Source: Candidatus Multivoradales bacterium
GTDB lineage: Bacteria; Acidobacteriota; Thermoanaerobaculia; Multivoradales; JAHEKO01
Assembly (NCBI GenBank): GCA_965248055.1
Contig: CBDFIJ010000004.1
Location: 988,299-1,052,298, forward strand
Reading direction: 5' to 3'
DNA length: 64,000 bases
Program-made: the position numbers and the translations under genes
The notes under the pieces: model-generated
The model's database searches: none
What the model saw: only the letters and a program-made list of their open reading frames with translations
Told to the model about the DNA's origin: nothing
Shown: one piece after another, positions 30,347 through 37,844 of the stretch
Position numbering within the stretch: the first letter of the stretch is position 1
Layout: each line of letters opens with the position of its first letter

Positions 30347-31543
30347 TTACCGGTTATCCAGGAGTTGGCGCGCTATCACCAATCGCTGAATCTCACTGGT
30401 CCCTTCGCCGATCGTGCAAATCTTGCAGTCGCGGTAAAACTTCTCAGCACGGTAATCCTTGATGTAGCCATAGCCACCGTGGATCTGCACTCCGCGCTCA
30501 GCACAAAACACCGCAGCTTCTCCGGCGTAGAGCTTGGCTTCCGCGGCCAAGCGAGTCACCCGCTCTCCACGATTCATTTTTTCCGCCGCTGCCATAACCA
30601 GCGCTTCGGAGGCGGCAATGCGGGTCGCCATCTCGGCGAGATGAAACTGCACCGCTTGAAACTTGGCGATCGCCTTGCCGAACTGTTCCCGTTCCTTGGA
30701 GTAAGCCAGCGCCAGATCGAACGCGCCCCGAGCAGTCCCCAAGCCCAAAGCGGCGATCGAAATTCGTCCGCCGTCGAGAATCTTGAGCGACTGAATGAAG
30801 CCGTCGCCGCGCTCCCCCAACAGATGGTCATCGGGAACCAAGCAGTCCTCCAAAATCACCTCAGACGTGTCCGAAGCGCGGCTTCCCAGTTTGTCTTCCT
30901 TCTTACCGGCACGAAATCCCTCCATCCCCTTCTCAACCACAAACGCAGAAATATTATGGTGCCGGGGTGCATCTGGATCGGTAACCGCCAGGACCACGCA
31001 GACGTCGCCTACTTTGCCGTGGGTAATAAAGGTCTTGGAGCCATTCAGCAGCCACCCACCATCGACCTTCTCGGCCTTGGTCCGCGTCCCTGCAGCGTCT
31101 GAGCCCGCTCCTGGTTCGGTCAAGGCCCAAGCGCCGATCTTGCGCCCGGTGGCCAAATCTGGCATCCAACGCTGGCGTTGTTCTTGGTTGCCAAACTTAT
31201 AGATGTGCTGGCTGCACAAAGAGTTATGGGCTGCGACCGAAAGCCCGATCGACGGGTCGATCCGGCTAATCTCATCCAAAATCAGGACGTACTCAATGTA
31301 GCCCAGGCCAGCGCCCTCGAACTCCTCTGGAACGACCACACCGAGAAAACCCAACTCGCCCATTTTGGCGAATAGTTCCCGCGGAAACTTCTGTGCTTCG
31401 TCGATTTCTTCAACGATCGGATCGATTTCTTGCAAGGCGAAGTCGCGTGCGGCCTCACGGATGGCGCGCTGCTCTTCAGTGAGTCCGAAATCAATCCCGG
31501 AATCGGTTTGCACTGGCGTCGTTGATGCTGTTGCTGTGGTCAC
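30347..31543 (-). CDS. acyl-CoA dehydrogenase (short/branched-chain type)
   Basis: ACAD N-terminal, middle and C-terminal domains. ALTEPGAGSD, GGYGYIKDY, catalytic E in IGEGTSEIQ. Confidence 0.85.
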   Translation of the reverse strand: MTTATASTTPVQTDSGIDFGLTEEQRAIREAARDFALQEIDPIVEEIDEAQKFPRELFAKMGELGFLGVVVPEEFEGAGLGYIEYVLILDEISRIDPSIGLSVAAHNSLCSQHIYKFGNQEQRQRWMPDLATGRKIGAWALTEPGAGSDAAGTRTKAEKVDGGWLLNGSKTFITHGKVGDVCVVLAVTDPDAPRHHNISAFVVEKGMEGFRAGKKEDKLGSRASDTSEVILEDCLVPDDHLLGERGDGFIQSLKILDGGRISIAALGLGTARGAFDLALAYSKEREQFGKAIAKFQAVQFHLAEMATRIAASEALVMAAAEKMNRGERVTRLAAEAKLYAGEAAVFCAERGVQIHGGYGYIKDYRAEKFYRDCKICTIGEGTSEIQRLVIARQLLDNR

Positions 31544-31748
31544 TCTGGCATGCCCCCCTCAGCGGTCAAGGATATCTCTTGTCGGTCGTCATCGGAACCA
31601 GACCTCAGGAATGCAACCGCGATGGGGTCACAGGCAGGTGGATTGAGATAGATACCGGCCCTCCTCCCTAACCCCCGCCGGGATGACATAGAAGAGGCTT
31701 CTCCGCCGGGATGCCCCGAGGGGAGTCCCGACGATGGTCATACCGGTC

Positions 31749-31890
31749 TGAGGCACTTCAACGTGTCGTTCCACACTGAGACACTTCATCGTGTTGTCCC
31801 ATCCTGAGACACTTAATCGTGTCGTCCCACACTGAGGCACTTCAGCGCGTCATCCCACGCCGTGGAACATCAACGCGTCGTCTCCTTCAG
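31749..31890. repeat. 28-bp imperfect tandem repeat x5 (TGAGRCACTTNANCGTGTYGTCCCAYNC)
   Basis: Aligned by eye. Flanked by partial F1-type elements (..CCTAACCCCCGCCGGGATGAC..) at 31663-31691 and 31995-32025. Confidence 0.7.
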
Positions 31891-32077
31891 TACTTCCTCG
31901 TCATCCTCGTAGGGTGGGGGTTTTGGGGATCGAGGATCTCCAACAGCGTCAGCGACCCACAGCCAGTATCTGGACGGCCACCGAATCCCGTCCCCCCTCC
32001 CTAACCCCCGCCGGGATGACGATGGGTGGAATCTCCTCTGCCTCTTGTTCAGAGGCGGTCCTGCTGTTGTCTGGTGA

Positions 32078-32110
32078 CGAAAAAAGTGTCCCCGCTGGAA
32101 CGAAGGGGAG
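32078..32110 (-). terminator. candidate intrinsic terminator downstream of the BMC operon (weak hairpin + T6 on the minus strand)
   Basis: Minus strand reads ..TCCCCTTCGTTCCAGCGGGGACACTTTTTTCG.. Confidence 0.3.
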
Positions 32111-32167
32111 GAAGCTGAAGTTCGGCTGTTGTCTTATCGAGAGAACAAGACCCTAACCGCGGCAACC

Positions 32168-32437
32168 CTAAGTCAGATCAACCGAGTCAACAATCCCCAC
32201 CACCATGGTGCGGATCGGTGCGGTGTCATCAAGCATAATCTGGCGAGAGGAGTTACCCTCGTCCAAGATCAGCACCACTTGATCGACGCCCGCGCCCACC
32301 GCGTCGATCGCCAAGGTGTAGTCGCCCTCGGGTTGCAAATTGGGGCTCAGCCACTGGCAGATCAACAAGCGCATACCATCGCGAACCGGATGATGGATGG
32401 TTGAGACCACGGTCCCGGTGACCCGAGCGATCTTCAT
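32168..32437 (-). CDS. BMC vertex protein (BMC-P; EutN/CcmL/PduN family), paralog 3
   Basis: MKIARVTGTVVSTIHHP.. is the canonical EutN/PduN N-terminus. 89 aa. ATGA overlap with the upstream gene. Confidence 0.8.
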   Translation of the reverse strand: MKIARVTGTVVSTIHHPVRDGMRLLICQWLSPNLQPEGDYTLAIDAVGAGVDQVVLILDEGNSSRQIMLDDTAPIRTMVVGIVDSVDLT

Positions 32438-32703
32438 GCCGTGCGATCCGGATGCTCGATCTGATCGACCAGGCCGACAATCGCGTGATCGACCGGCACG
32501 AACCAGGGGTCCATCGCCACCGCAGCTTCTCTGCTAGCAACGTAGTAAATCTCTTGACCGACGCCGGCTTGGCCGGTGGCGTCGGCGGCGACGATTGCCG
32601 ACCCGTTCGGTGACCCATCCTCGGCCAGCGGGCTGACAAGTAGCAACCGCATTCCGTCCATGCTTGAGACGCGCATCGTTGCCACTACGCTGCCGGTTAC
32701 CAT
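32434..32703 (-). CDS. BMC vertex protein (BMC-P), paralog 2
   Basis: Start set at the ATG giving MVTGSVVATMRVSSMDGMRLLLV.., 11 nt after the upstream stop. 89 aa. Confidence 0.7.
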   Translation of the reverse strand: MVTGSVVATMRVSSMDGMRLLLVSPLAEDGSPNGSAIVAADATGQAGVGQEIYYVASREAAVAMDPWFVPVDHAIVGLVDQIEHPDRTA

Positions 32704-32714
32704 CCCCAAATGCA

Positions 32715-33317
32715 CTAGTCGGGGCTCCCAACCGAGTCGGTATTGATCCGAGAGTGAAACAACGGTGCCTGCTCTAGGTTGCGCCAAACGTCCTCGCCGA
32801 GCTGGGCGATCAGTCGCTGCTCCAACACCACTTCTGGGTGAGCCAGGGACCCGACTCCGGCCTCCATCGCCGCTTGAACCTCATGCAGAACGCCAGAGAA
32901 CAGCAAGTAGCCCTTGCCTCCAAGGCCGTCGGCCATGCGTAGCGTCGCGATCGAGACCTCTGCCCCTTTGACGCCCGCATCGGCAACTTGCAGCAGGCCG
33001 GCGACGGTTTTTGTCTCGACGATCCCCAAAGCTTCACCCGAACGCTGATCGGTCTCCGTCAGAGCTTTCACCACCGCAGGATGAACGTCCGGCAATAATA
33101 CGCAGTCCAAGGGTTGAGCTAGGCCGATGGCGGCACTGCGGGCCTCGTCAACCGGTCCTACCTCGCCAGCCGCCAGGATCAAGAATCGCCCGGGTTGGAC
33201 TGTTCCCAGCCGCAAGTCTCCAAGTGGCGCTCGCTTGGCCATGGCGTCCGCGGCGGTGATGCCAACCGCGATCGATTGGTACTCCATCAGCAGGATGGCT
33301 GGATAATTTTGCGACAT
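32715..33317 (-). CDS. BMC-T shell protein, tandem BMC domains (PduT-like) lacking the Fe-S cysteine
   Basis: Two Pfam00936-like domains (AILLMEYQSIAVGITAADAMAKRA.. and ALGIVETKTVAGLLQVADAGVKGA..) aligning along PduT. The position of the PduT Cys is occupied by Q (GTVQPGRF). Confidence 0.8.
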   Translation of the reverse strand: MSQNYPAILLMEYQSIAVGITAADAMAKRAPLGDLRLGTVQPGRFLILAAGEVGPVDEARSAAIGLAQPLDCVLLPDVHPAVVKALTETDQRSGEALGIVETKTVAGLLQVADAGVKGAEVSIATLRMADGLGGKGYLLFSGVLHEVQAAMEAGVGSLAHPEVVLEQRLIAQLGEDVWRNLEQAPLFHSRINTDSVGSPD

Positions 33318-34810
33318 TAGACGATGCGCAGGCTGCCGACCACCGTCAGCCTACGGATGCGTGAGAAAGTGCGCGGTCGAGACAGGCCTTCCCCAGTTGG
33401 TGTGGCGATCGAGAACGAGGAGAAGCCCTCGCCCATTTGACCCAGGCCGGCGAAGTTGGAGCAGTTGGCGACGAAAATTGAGCAGTTCATGCGCCGCGCC
33501 ATCTCGGTAATCACGTCGACGTTGCGTGAATAGACCGAGGCGGTGTGGCGAAACCCGTGTTCCGCGGTCACCGAGAGCTGAATGCCTTCCTCCACGTCTC
33601 TCACCCTTACCACCGGCAGCACCGGCATCATCTGTTCGGTCCAGACCAAAGAGTGCTCGCGCGGGACTTCTGCCACCACCAGCCGAATCTCATCGCCAGC
33701 ACTAACGCCGATTTCAGCCAAAATCTTGGCCGCGTCTTGACCCACCCATTTGCGATTAATCCTGCCGGGCTTGCCGGCGGGGCCTAGCTCCTCAAAGATC
33801 GCCCGTTCCAGCTTGCGCAACTCGTGGTCGCGCAGCACTTGCGCTCCATTGGCGGCCATCGCCTTGACCAAATCGTCGGCCACCGCGTCGACCACAAAAA
33901 CTTCCTTCTCGTCGGTGCAGACCATGTTGTTGTCAAAAGATGCGCCTTGAACGATCGAGCGCCCAGCGTGGGAAATGTCCGCGCTGTCGTCGACCAGCAC
34001 CGGTGGATTTCCAGGGCCTGCGGTAATCGCTCGCTTGTCCGTCTTGAGTGCTTCCTTAACCACCCCTGGCCCTCCGGTGACCAGCAACAGGCGGATCTTG
34101 GGGTGCGACATCAGGTCTTGTGCTGACTCGATGGTCGGTTCGGCGATACAGGTCGCCAAAGTCTTGGGCCCTCCTGCCTCAGCGATCGCTTCATTGAGCA
34201 TGCCGACGTTCTCGGCGGAAACTCGTTGCGCACCCGGGTGGGCATTGAACACCACCGAGTTGCCGGCGGCCACCATGGCAATGGTGTTGTTGATCACCGT
34301 CGAGGTTGGGTTGGTGGTTGGAGTGATCGATCCAATGACGCCAAAAGGGGCGTACTCGGTGAGCATCTGCCCGTGGTCCCCGGTGACCACCTGCGGTTCC
34401 AAGTCTTCCGGGCCGGGGGTCTTGGTGGTGACTAAGCGATTCTTAAGGATCTTGTCGGCAATGCGGCCCAAGCCGGTTTCAGCGTGGGCTGCGCGTGCCA
34501 GATACTCACCTTGCTCCAGCATCCGCGCCCGCATCGCCTCGACCACCCGAAACCTACGATCCAGGCCCATCGCGGCAAAGCTTTTCTGTGCCTCGAAGGC
34601 AGCGTCTACCGCTTCATCAACGGTGGCGAAAGCGCCGAGAGGATAGGCATCGCGCGATGAACGCCCAGCCTGGTTCTTGGGTTGGCTCTGGGCTTGGCCC
34701 TGGCGGGTAGGAGAAACCGGAGGTGCCACGCGAGGCGCACCAGCGGCGAACCGCTCCCGCACCCGGCTGATCACCGCCTGTACGTCACCGTCAGCGCGCG
34801 CCGCAGCCAC
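33317..34810 (-). CDS. CoA-acylating aldehyde dehydrogenase (PduP/EutE family) with ~110-aa N-terminal extension
   Basis: Catalytic Cys in NNMVCTDEKE. GPGNPPVLVDDSADI. GTG start with GGGAG upstream. N-terminus has amphipathic DVQAVISRVRERF followed by a P/Q-rich linker (possible encapsulation peptide). Confidence 0.85.
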   Translation of the reverse strand: MAAARADGDVQAVISRVRERFAAGAPRVAPPVSPTRQGQAQSQPKNQAGRSSRDAYPLGAFATVDEAVDAAFEAQKSFAAMGLDRRFRVVEAMRARMLEQGEYLARAAHAETGLGRIADKILKNRLVTTKTPGPEDLEPQVVTGDHGQMLTEYAPFGVIGSITPTTNPTSTVINNTIAMVAAGNSVVFNAHPGAQRVSAENVGMLNEAIAEAGGPKTLATCIAEPTIESAQDLMSHPKIRLLLVTGGPGVVKEALKTDKRAITAGPGNPPVLVDDSADISHAGRSIVQGASFDNNMVCTDEKEVFVVDAVADDLVKAMAANGAQVLRDHELRKLERAIFEELGPAGKPGRINRKWVGQDAAKILAEIGVSAGDEIRLVVAEVPREHSLVWTEQMMPVLPVVRVRDVEEGIQLSVTAEHGFRHTASVYSRNVDVITEMARRMNCSIFVANCSNFAGLGQMGEGFSSFSIATPTGEGLSRPRTFSRIRRLTVVGSLRIV

Positions 34811-34898
34811 TAGCTAGCTCCCCGAGCCCAAGCCGCAGACCCACCAAGTCGTGACCTGAATCGCGACCCGGCACCGGGTCTTGGACAGCTTGGCCCCA

Positions 34899-35195
34899 TT
34901 AGCCGTCGCCCTTGCGGTAGACCTCACGCCCCTCGACGTCCCAACTGTCGACAATCGCCATAATCACCGCATCGCAGGGGCGATCTTGGGTGGCCACCGT
35001 CTGCCGCGCCGAGCTGCCAGTGGCATAGAGCACCACTTCGCCCTCGCCCGCACCCACCGCGTCCACCGCGACCACGTAGCCACCGGTAGTTTTGGCTCGG
35101 TCGTCGAGTTGTTCGACCACCATGAACTTGAATCCAGCCACTCCGGGGTCTTTCTGGCTTGCCACCAGATTACCGACCACCTTGCCAAGCAGCAT
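34899..35195 (-). CDS. BMC vertex protein (BMC-P), paralog 1
   Basis: MLLGKVVGNLVASQKDPGVAGFKFMVVEQ.. 98 aa. Confidence 0.8.
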   Translation of the reverse strand: MLLGKVVGNLVASQKDPGVAGFKFMVVEQLDDRAKTTGGYVVAVDAVGAGEGEVVLYATGSSARQTVATQDRPCDAVIMAIVDSWDVEGREVYRKGDG

Positions 35196-35198
35196 CGA

Positions 35199-35489
35199 CT
35201 AGCTCTTTTTGGGCGCGCGACCCAATGGCAACGCCGCGTCGACGTTGTTGTGCGGACGAGCGATCACATGAGTGGAGACCACTTCACCGACTTTTTCGGC
35301 TCCGCGTACCCCTGCCTCAACCGCTGCTTTCACCGCGGCAACGTCGCCCCGCACCACGGCAGTGACGTAGCCACCGCCGGTCTTTTCATAACCCACCAAG
35401 TCAACCTTGGCCGCCTTCACCATCGCGTCGGCGGCTTCGACCATGGCGGAAAAACCCCGCGTCTCGATCATTCCCAGTGCTTCAGCCAT
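35199..35489 (-). CDS. BMC-H hexameric shell protein (PduA/EutM-like)
   Basis: [29 protein letters not shown].. Start at ATG 35489 with AAGGAG 6 nt upstream. Confidence 0.85.
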   Translation of the reverse strand: MAEALGMIETRGFSAMVEAADAMVKAAKVDLVGYEKTGGGYVTAVVRGDVAAVKAAVEAGVRGAEKVGEVVSTHVIARPHNNVDAALPLGRAPKKS

Positions 35490-35597
35490 ACTCTTCTCCT
35501 TCGCCCTCAGGCGATTGTCCATTTCTTGTTAATAGCTCTCTTTACAAACTGCATTGACTGCTTTGCTTCCACTTGGCCCTTCTAACTAGCCCTGCGT

Positions 35598-36224
35598 CTA
35601 GTCGACCTTGCGTCCGTCGATCCCATCCAGGGCCGCAACTGCTGCCCGCCAACCGACGTCAATATCTCTCTCTTCACCGCCCAGGTAGACCCGGCCGAAA
35701 GAACCGATCGAGCGAACCTCCAAGACGTTGATCCCGGATGCTTTCTCGGCCTCGTTGGCGGCCAGAGCAGCGTACGGAGCGGGTTCCACCTCCAGCACAT
35801 ATAGCGTCTGCCCTGGAATAATCATCTGCCCATGCCGCATGCGATTCACCAATTGCGCTTGGTGGTCGTCAATCGCCCGCACGATTTGGCTAGAAAGCAC
35901 TTTGGGTTTGATTCGGTCACTCTCCTTCAAGCCAATGTCAGCCAAGATCGCCTCGCCCGCAGCGCGAGTCTCGGCTTGGTCCTCCGAATGGACTTCAAGT
36001 AACCCGTAGTAACGCTCGACGACCTGCATCCCCGGGCGAACCCGGGTTGACTTCAGCGCCACATCGGTCAGCCGATTAATTTCGATTCCCGGTGAAATTT
36101 CTACATATAACGAACAATCCCCGGCCAAAGGTAAGAACCCTTGTGCCACGGTGCCCATAAAAGCAGCGTATTGCGGCTGCAAGCTGTCCAAAAATACGTA
36201 CGATCGAAGATCAATATCCGCCAC
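35598..36224 (-). CDS. BMC-T shell protein with circularly permuted BMC domains (PduB/EutL-like)
   Basis: TDVALKS..V.. and [29 protein letters not shown] match the permuted-domain hallmarks of PduB/EutL. Start placed at GTG 36224 (AAAGGA 8 nt upstream). The longest ORF reaches 36374 but would overlap deoC by 160 bp. Confidence 0.6.
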   Translation of the reverse strand: MADIDLRSYVFLDSLQPQYAAFMGTVAQGFLPLAGDCSLYVEISPGIEINRLTDVALKSTRVRPGMQVVERYYGLLEVHSEDQAETRAAGEAILADIGLKESDRIKPKVLSSQIVRAIDDHQAQLVNRMRHGQMIIPGQTLYVLEVEPAPYAALAANEAEKASGINVLEVRSIGSFGRVYLGGEERDIDVGWRAAVAALDGIDGRKVD

Positions 36225-37104
36225 TTGCCCCATCCTTTCGAGAAACAATGTCCTTTCCGGAGACAATCGAAATTCCTGCTGACGCGCCGATGCGGGTCGC
36301 GCCAACATTGATGAACTCGCGGACCTGTTCCGCGGTACTAATTCCACCCGACGCCTTGACCTCAAGGTCACCACCCACCGCTTCGTGCATCAACGCCACG
36401 TCATACAACTCTGCACCACCGTTGCCGAAACCGGTCGAAGTCTTGACGAAGTTGGCTTTCGCCGATTTGGCCAACCGCGACGCGACGACCTTTTCCTCAT
36501 CGGTTAACAATCCGGTCTCCAAAATCACCTTGCAGGTGGCGCCAACTTCGCGACAGGCGTCGGCAACCTTAGCGATGTCCTGCTCGACCGCTTGGTAATC
36601 ACCACTTTTCAGAGCGCCAATGTTGATCACCATGTCGATCTCACGTGCACCATCGCGCAACGCCTTGCGGGTTTCCATCGCTTTGATCTCGGTGCTGTGG
36701 GCACCCGAGGGAAACCCAACCACCGACGCCACCCGCACCGGAGAATTGCGCGTGCGCGAAGCCGCTCGGGCAACCCAAAACGGGTTGACACAGACCGCGG
36801 CAAAGCCGTAATGCTTAGCCTCATCACACAGTTGGTCGATATCGGCGGCTGTTGCACTGGGCTTCAACAGGGTGTGGTCGATGTATTGCGCCAAATCAGA
36901 CGGTACCCGACCTCCCTCTCCGTTATAGGACACACGGCGCGCACCGGTGTGGACGATCGCTCGCACCTTGTCCGAACAACAGGCGGCACAACTGCCCTCG
37001 CAGTCACTGCATTCACCTTCACTGCATTCACCCCCACTGTCTGCGCCCAGCGCGGCTAGAACTTTTTCGGTGATCTGGTTGATCAATTGCTCTCGGTCAC
37101 TCAC
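36211..37104 (-). CDS. deoC: deoxyribose-phosphate aldolase with ~75-aa N-terminal extension (amphipathic helix + Cys-rich linker)
   Basis: DeoC core YIDHTLLKP ... KVILETGLL ... KTSTGF (Schiff-base Lys region). N-terminal [15 protein letters not shown] + [25 protein letters not shown] start 3 nt after the rpiB stop. Confidence 0.85.
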   Translation of the reverse strand: MSDREQLINQITEKVLAALGADSGGECSEGECSDCEGSCAACCSDKVRAIVHTGARRVSYNGEGGRVPSDLAQYIDHTLLKPSATAADIDQLCDEAKHYGFAAVCVNPFWVARAASRTRNSPVRVASVVGFPSGAHSTEIKAMETRKALRDGAREIDMVINIGALKSGDYQAVEQDIAKVADACREVGATCKVILETGLLTDEEKVVASRLAKSAKANFVKTSTGFGNGGAELYDVALMHEAVGGDLEVKASGGISTAEQVREFINVGATRIGASAGISIVSGKDIVSRKDGASGGY

Positions 37105-37107
37105 GGT

Positions 37108-37611
37108 TTACCTCGCGCCATAGGTGCGCTCAAGTTCGTCAATCTTAGCGACTCGCAGTGCGTGGCGCCCAGGACCGTGCGGTGTCGCCAGCCAAGTGTC
37201 GACAATCTGCAAAGCCAGGCCCCTGCCGATCAGCCCGGCACCAAGGGTCAAGACGTTGGCGTGGTTGTGTTCGCGGCTGTTGCGCGCCGAAGAAATGTCA
37301 TAACAGAGGGCCGCGCGCACACCGGGCACCTTGTTGGCGGCCATCGCTGATCCAATACCCGCACCGTCAACCACTATTCCAGCGGTTGCGGACCCGTTCG
37401 CCACTTTCTGCGCTACTGCGTGCGCCATATCTGGATAATCCACCGCTTCCGGCCCGTTGGTACCGCAATCGATCACCCGGTGTCCGGTGTCGGCTAGGTG
37501 CGCCGCAATGGTGTCTTTCAATTCGAATCCGCCATGGTCTGCCCCGACCGCGACCACCAAGTCACCCCCACCATTGACCTGCTGCGTTGTGGACACACCA
37601 GCAGCGGCCAC
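37108..37611 (-). CDS. rpiB: ribose-5-phosphate isomerase B (RpiB/LacAB family); true start possibly internal near 37554
   Basis: VGADHGGFELK, catalytic Cys in VIDCG, HN..ANVLTLGAGLIG. Confidence 0.85.
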   Translation of the reverse strand: MAAAGVSTTQQVNGGGDLVVAVGADHGGFELKDTIAAHLADTGHRVIDCGTNGPEAVDYPDMAHAVAQKVANGSATAGIVVDGAGIGSAMAANKVPGVRAALCYDISSARNSREHNHANVLTLGAGLIGRGLALQIVDTWLATPHGPGRHALRVAKIDELERTYGAR

Positions 37612-37732
37612 GGAGGCGATCGGCCCGGTCTCTGAGGCGACTTCCGAGGCGATGCTCTCGGCTACTGCCTGAGCTACTAACTCTCGAATTCGATCTGGAT
37701 CAGGTTTCAGCGTTGACTCCGTTCATTACAAG

Positions 37733-37797
37733 ACTTATTTACCACAGGACCTATTTGCCACAGGACCTATTTGCCACAGGACCTATTTACCACACCC
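37733..37797. promoter_or_regulatory. 16-bp tandem direct repeat x~4 (CTATTTRCCACAGGAC) in the region upstream of the BMC operon
   Basis: Seen directly at 37733-37797, ~125-190 bp upstream of the rpiB start on the minus strand. Each unit contains TGTGGYAAATAG on the coding strand. Confidence 0.5.
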
Positions 37798-37844
37798 TTA
37801 ACAATAATGTTTATCTAATATCCGCTGCGACTCCCGCAAAACCG

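Noticed and set aside
36225-36374. Longer 258-aa version of the permuted BMC-T gene starting at 36374
   Set aside because: It would overlap deoC by ~160 bp. The N-terminal 50 residues are Arg/Ser-rich and non-conserved. A GTG with an AAAGGA RBS at 36224 gives a protein matching PduB/EutL length expectations.
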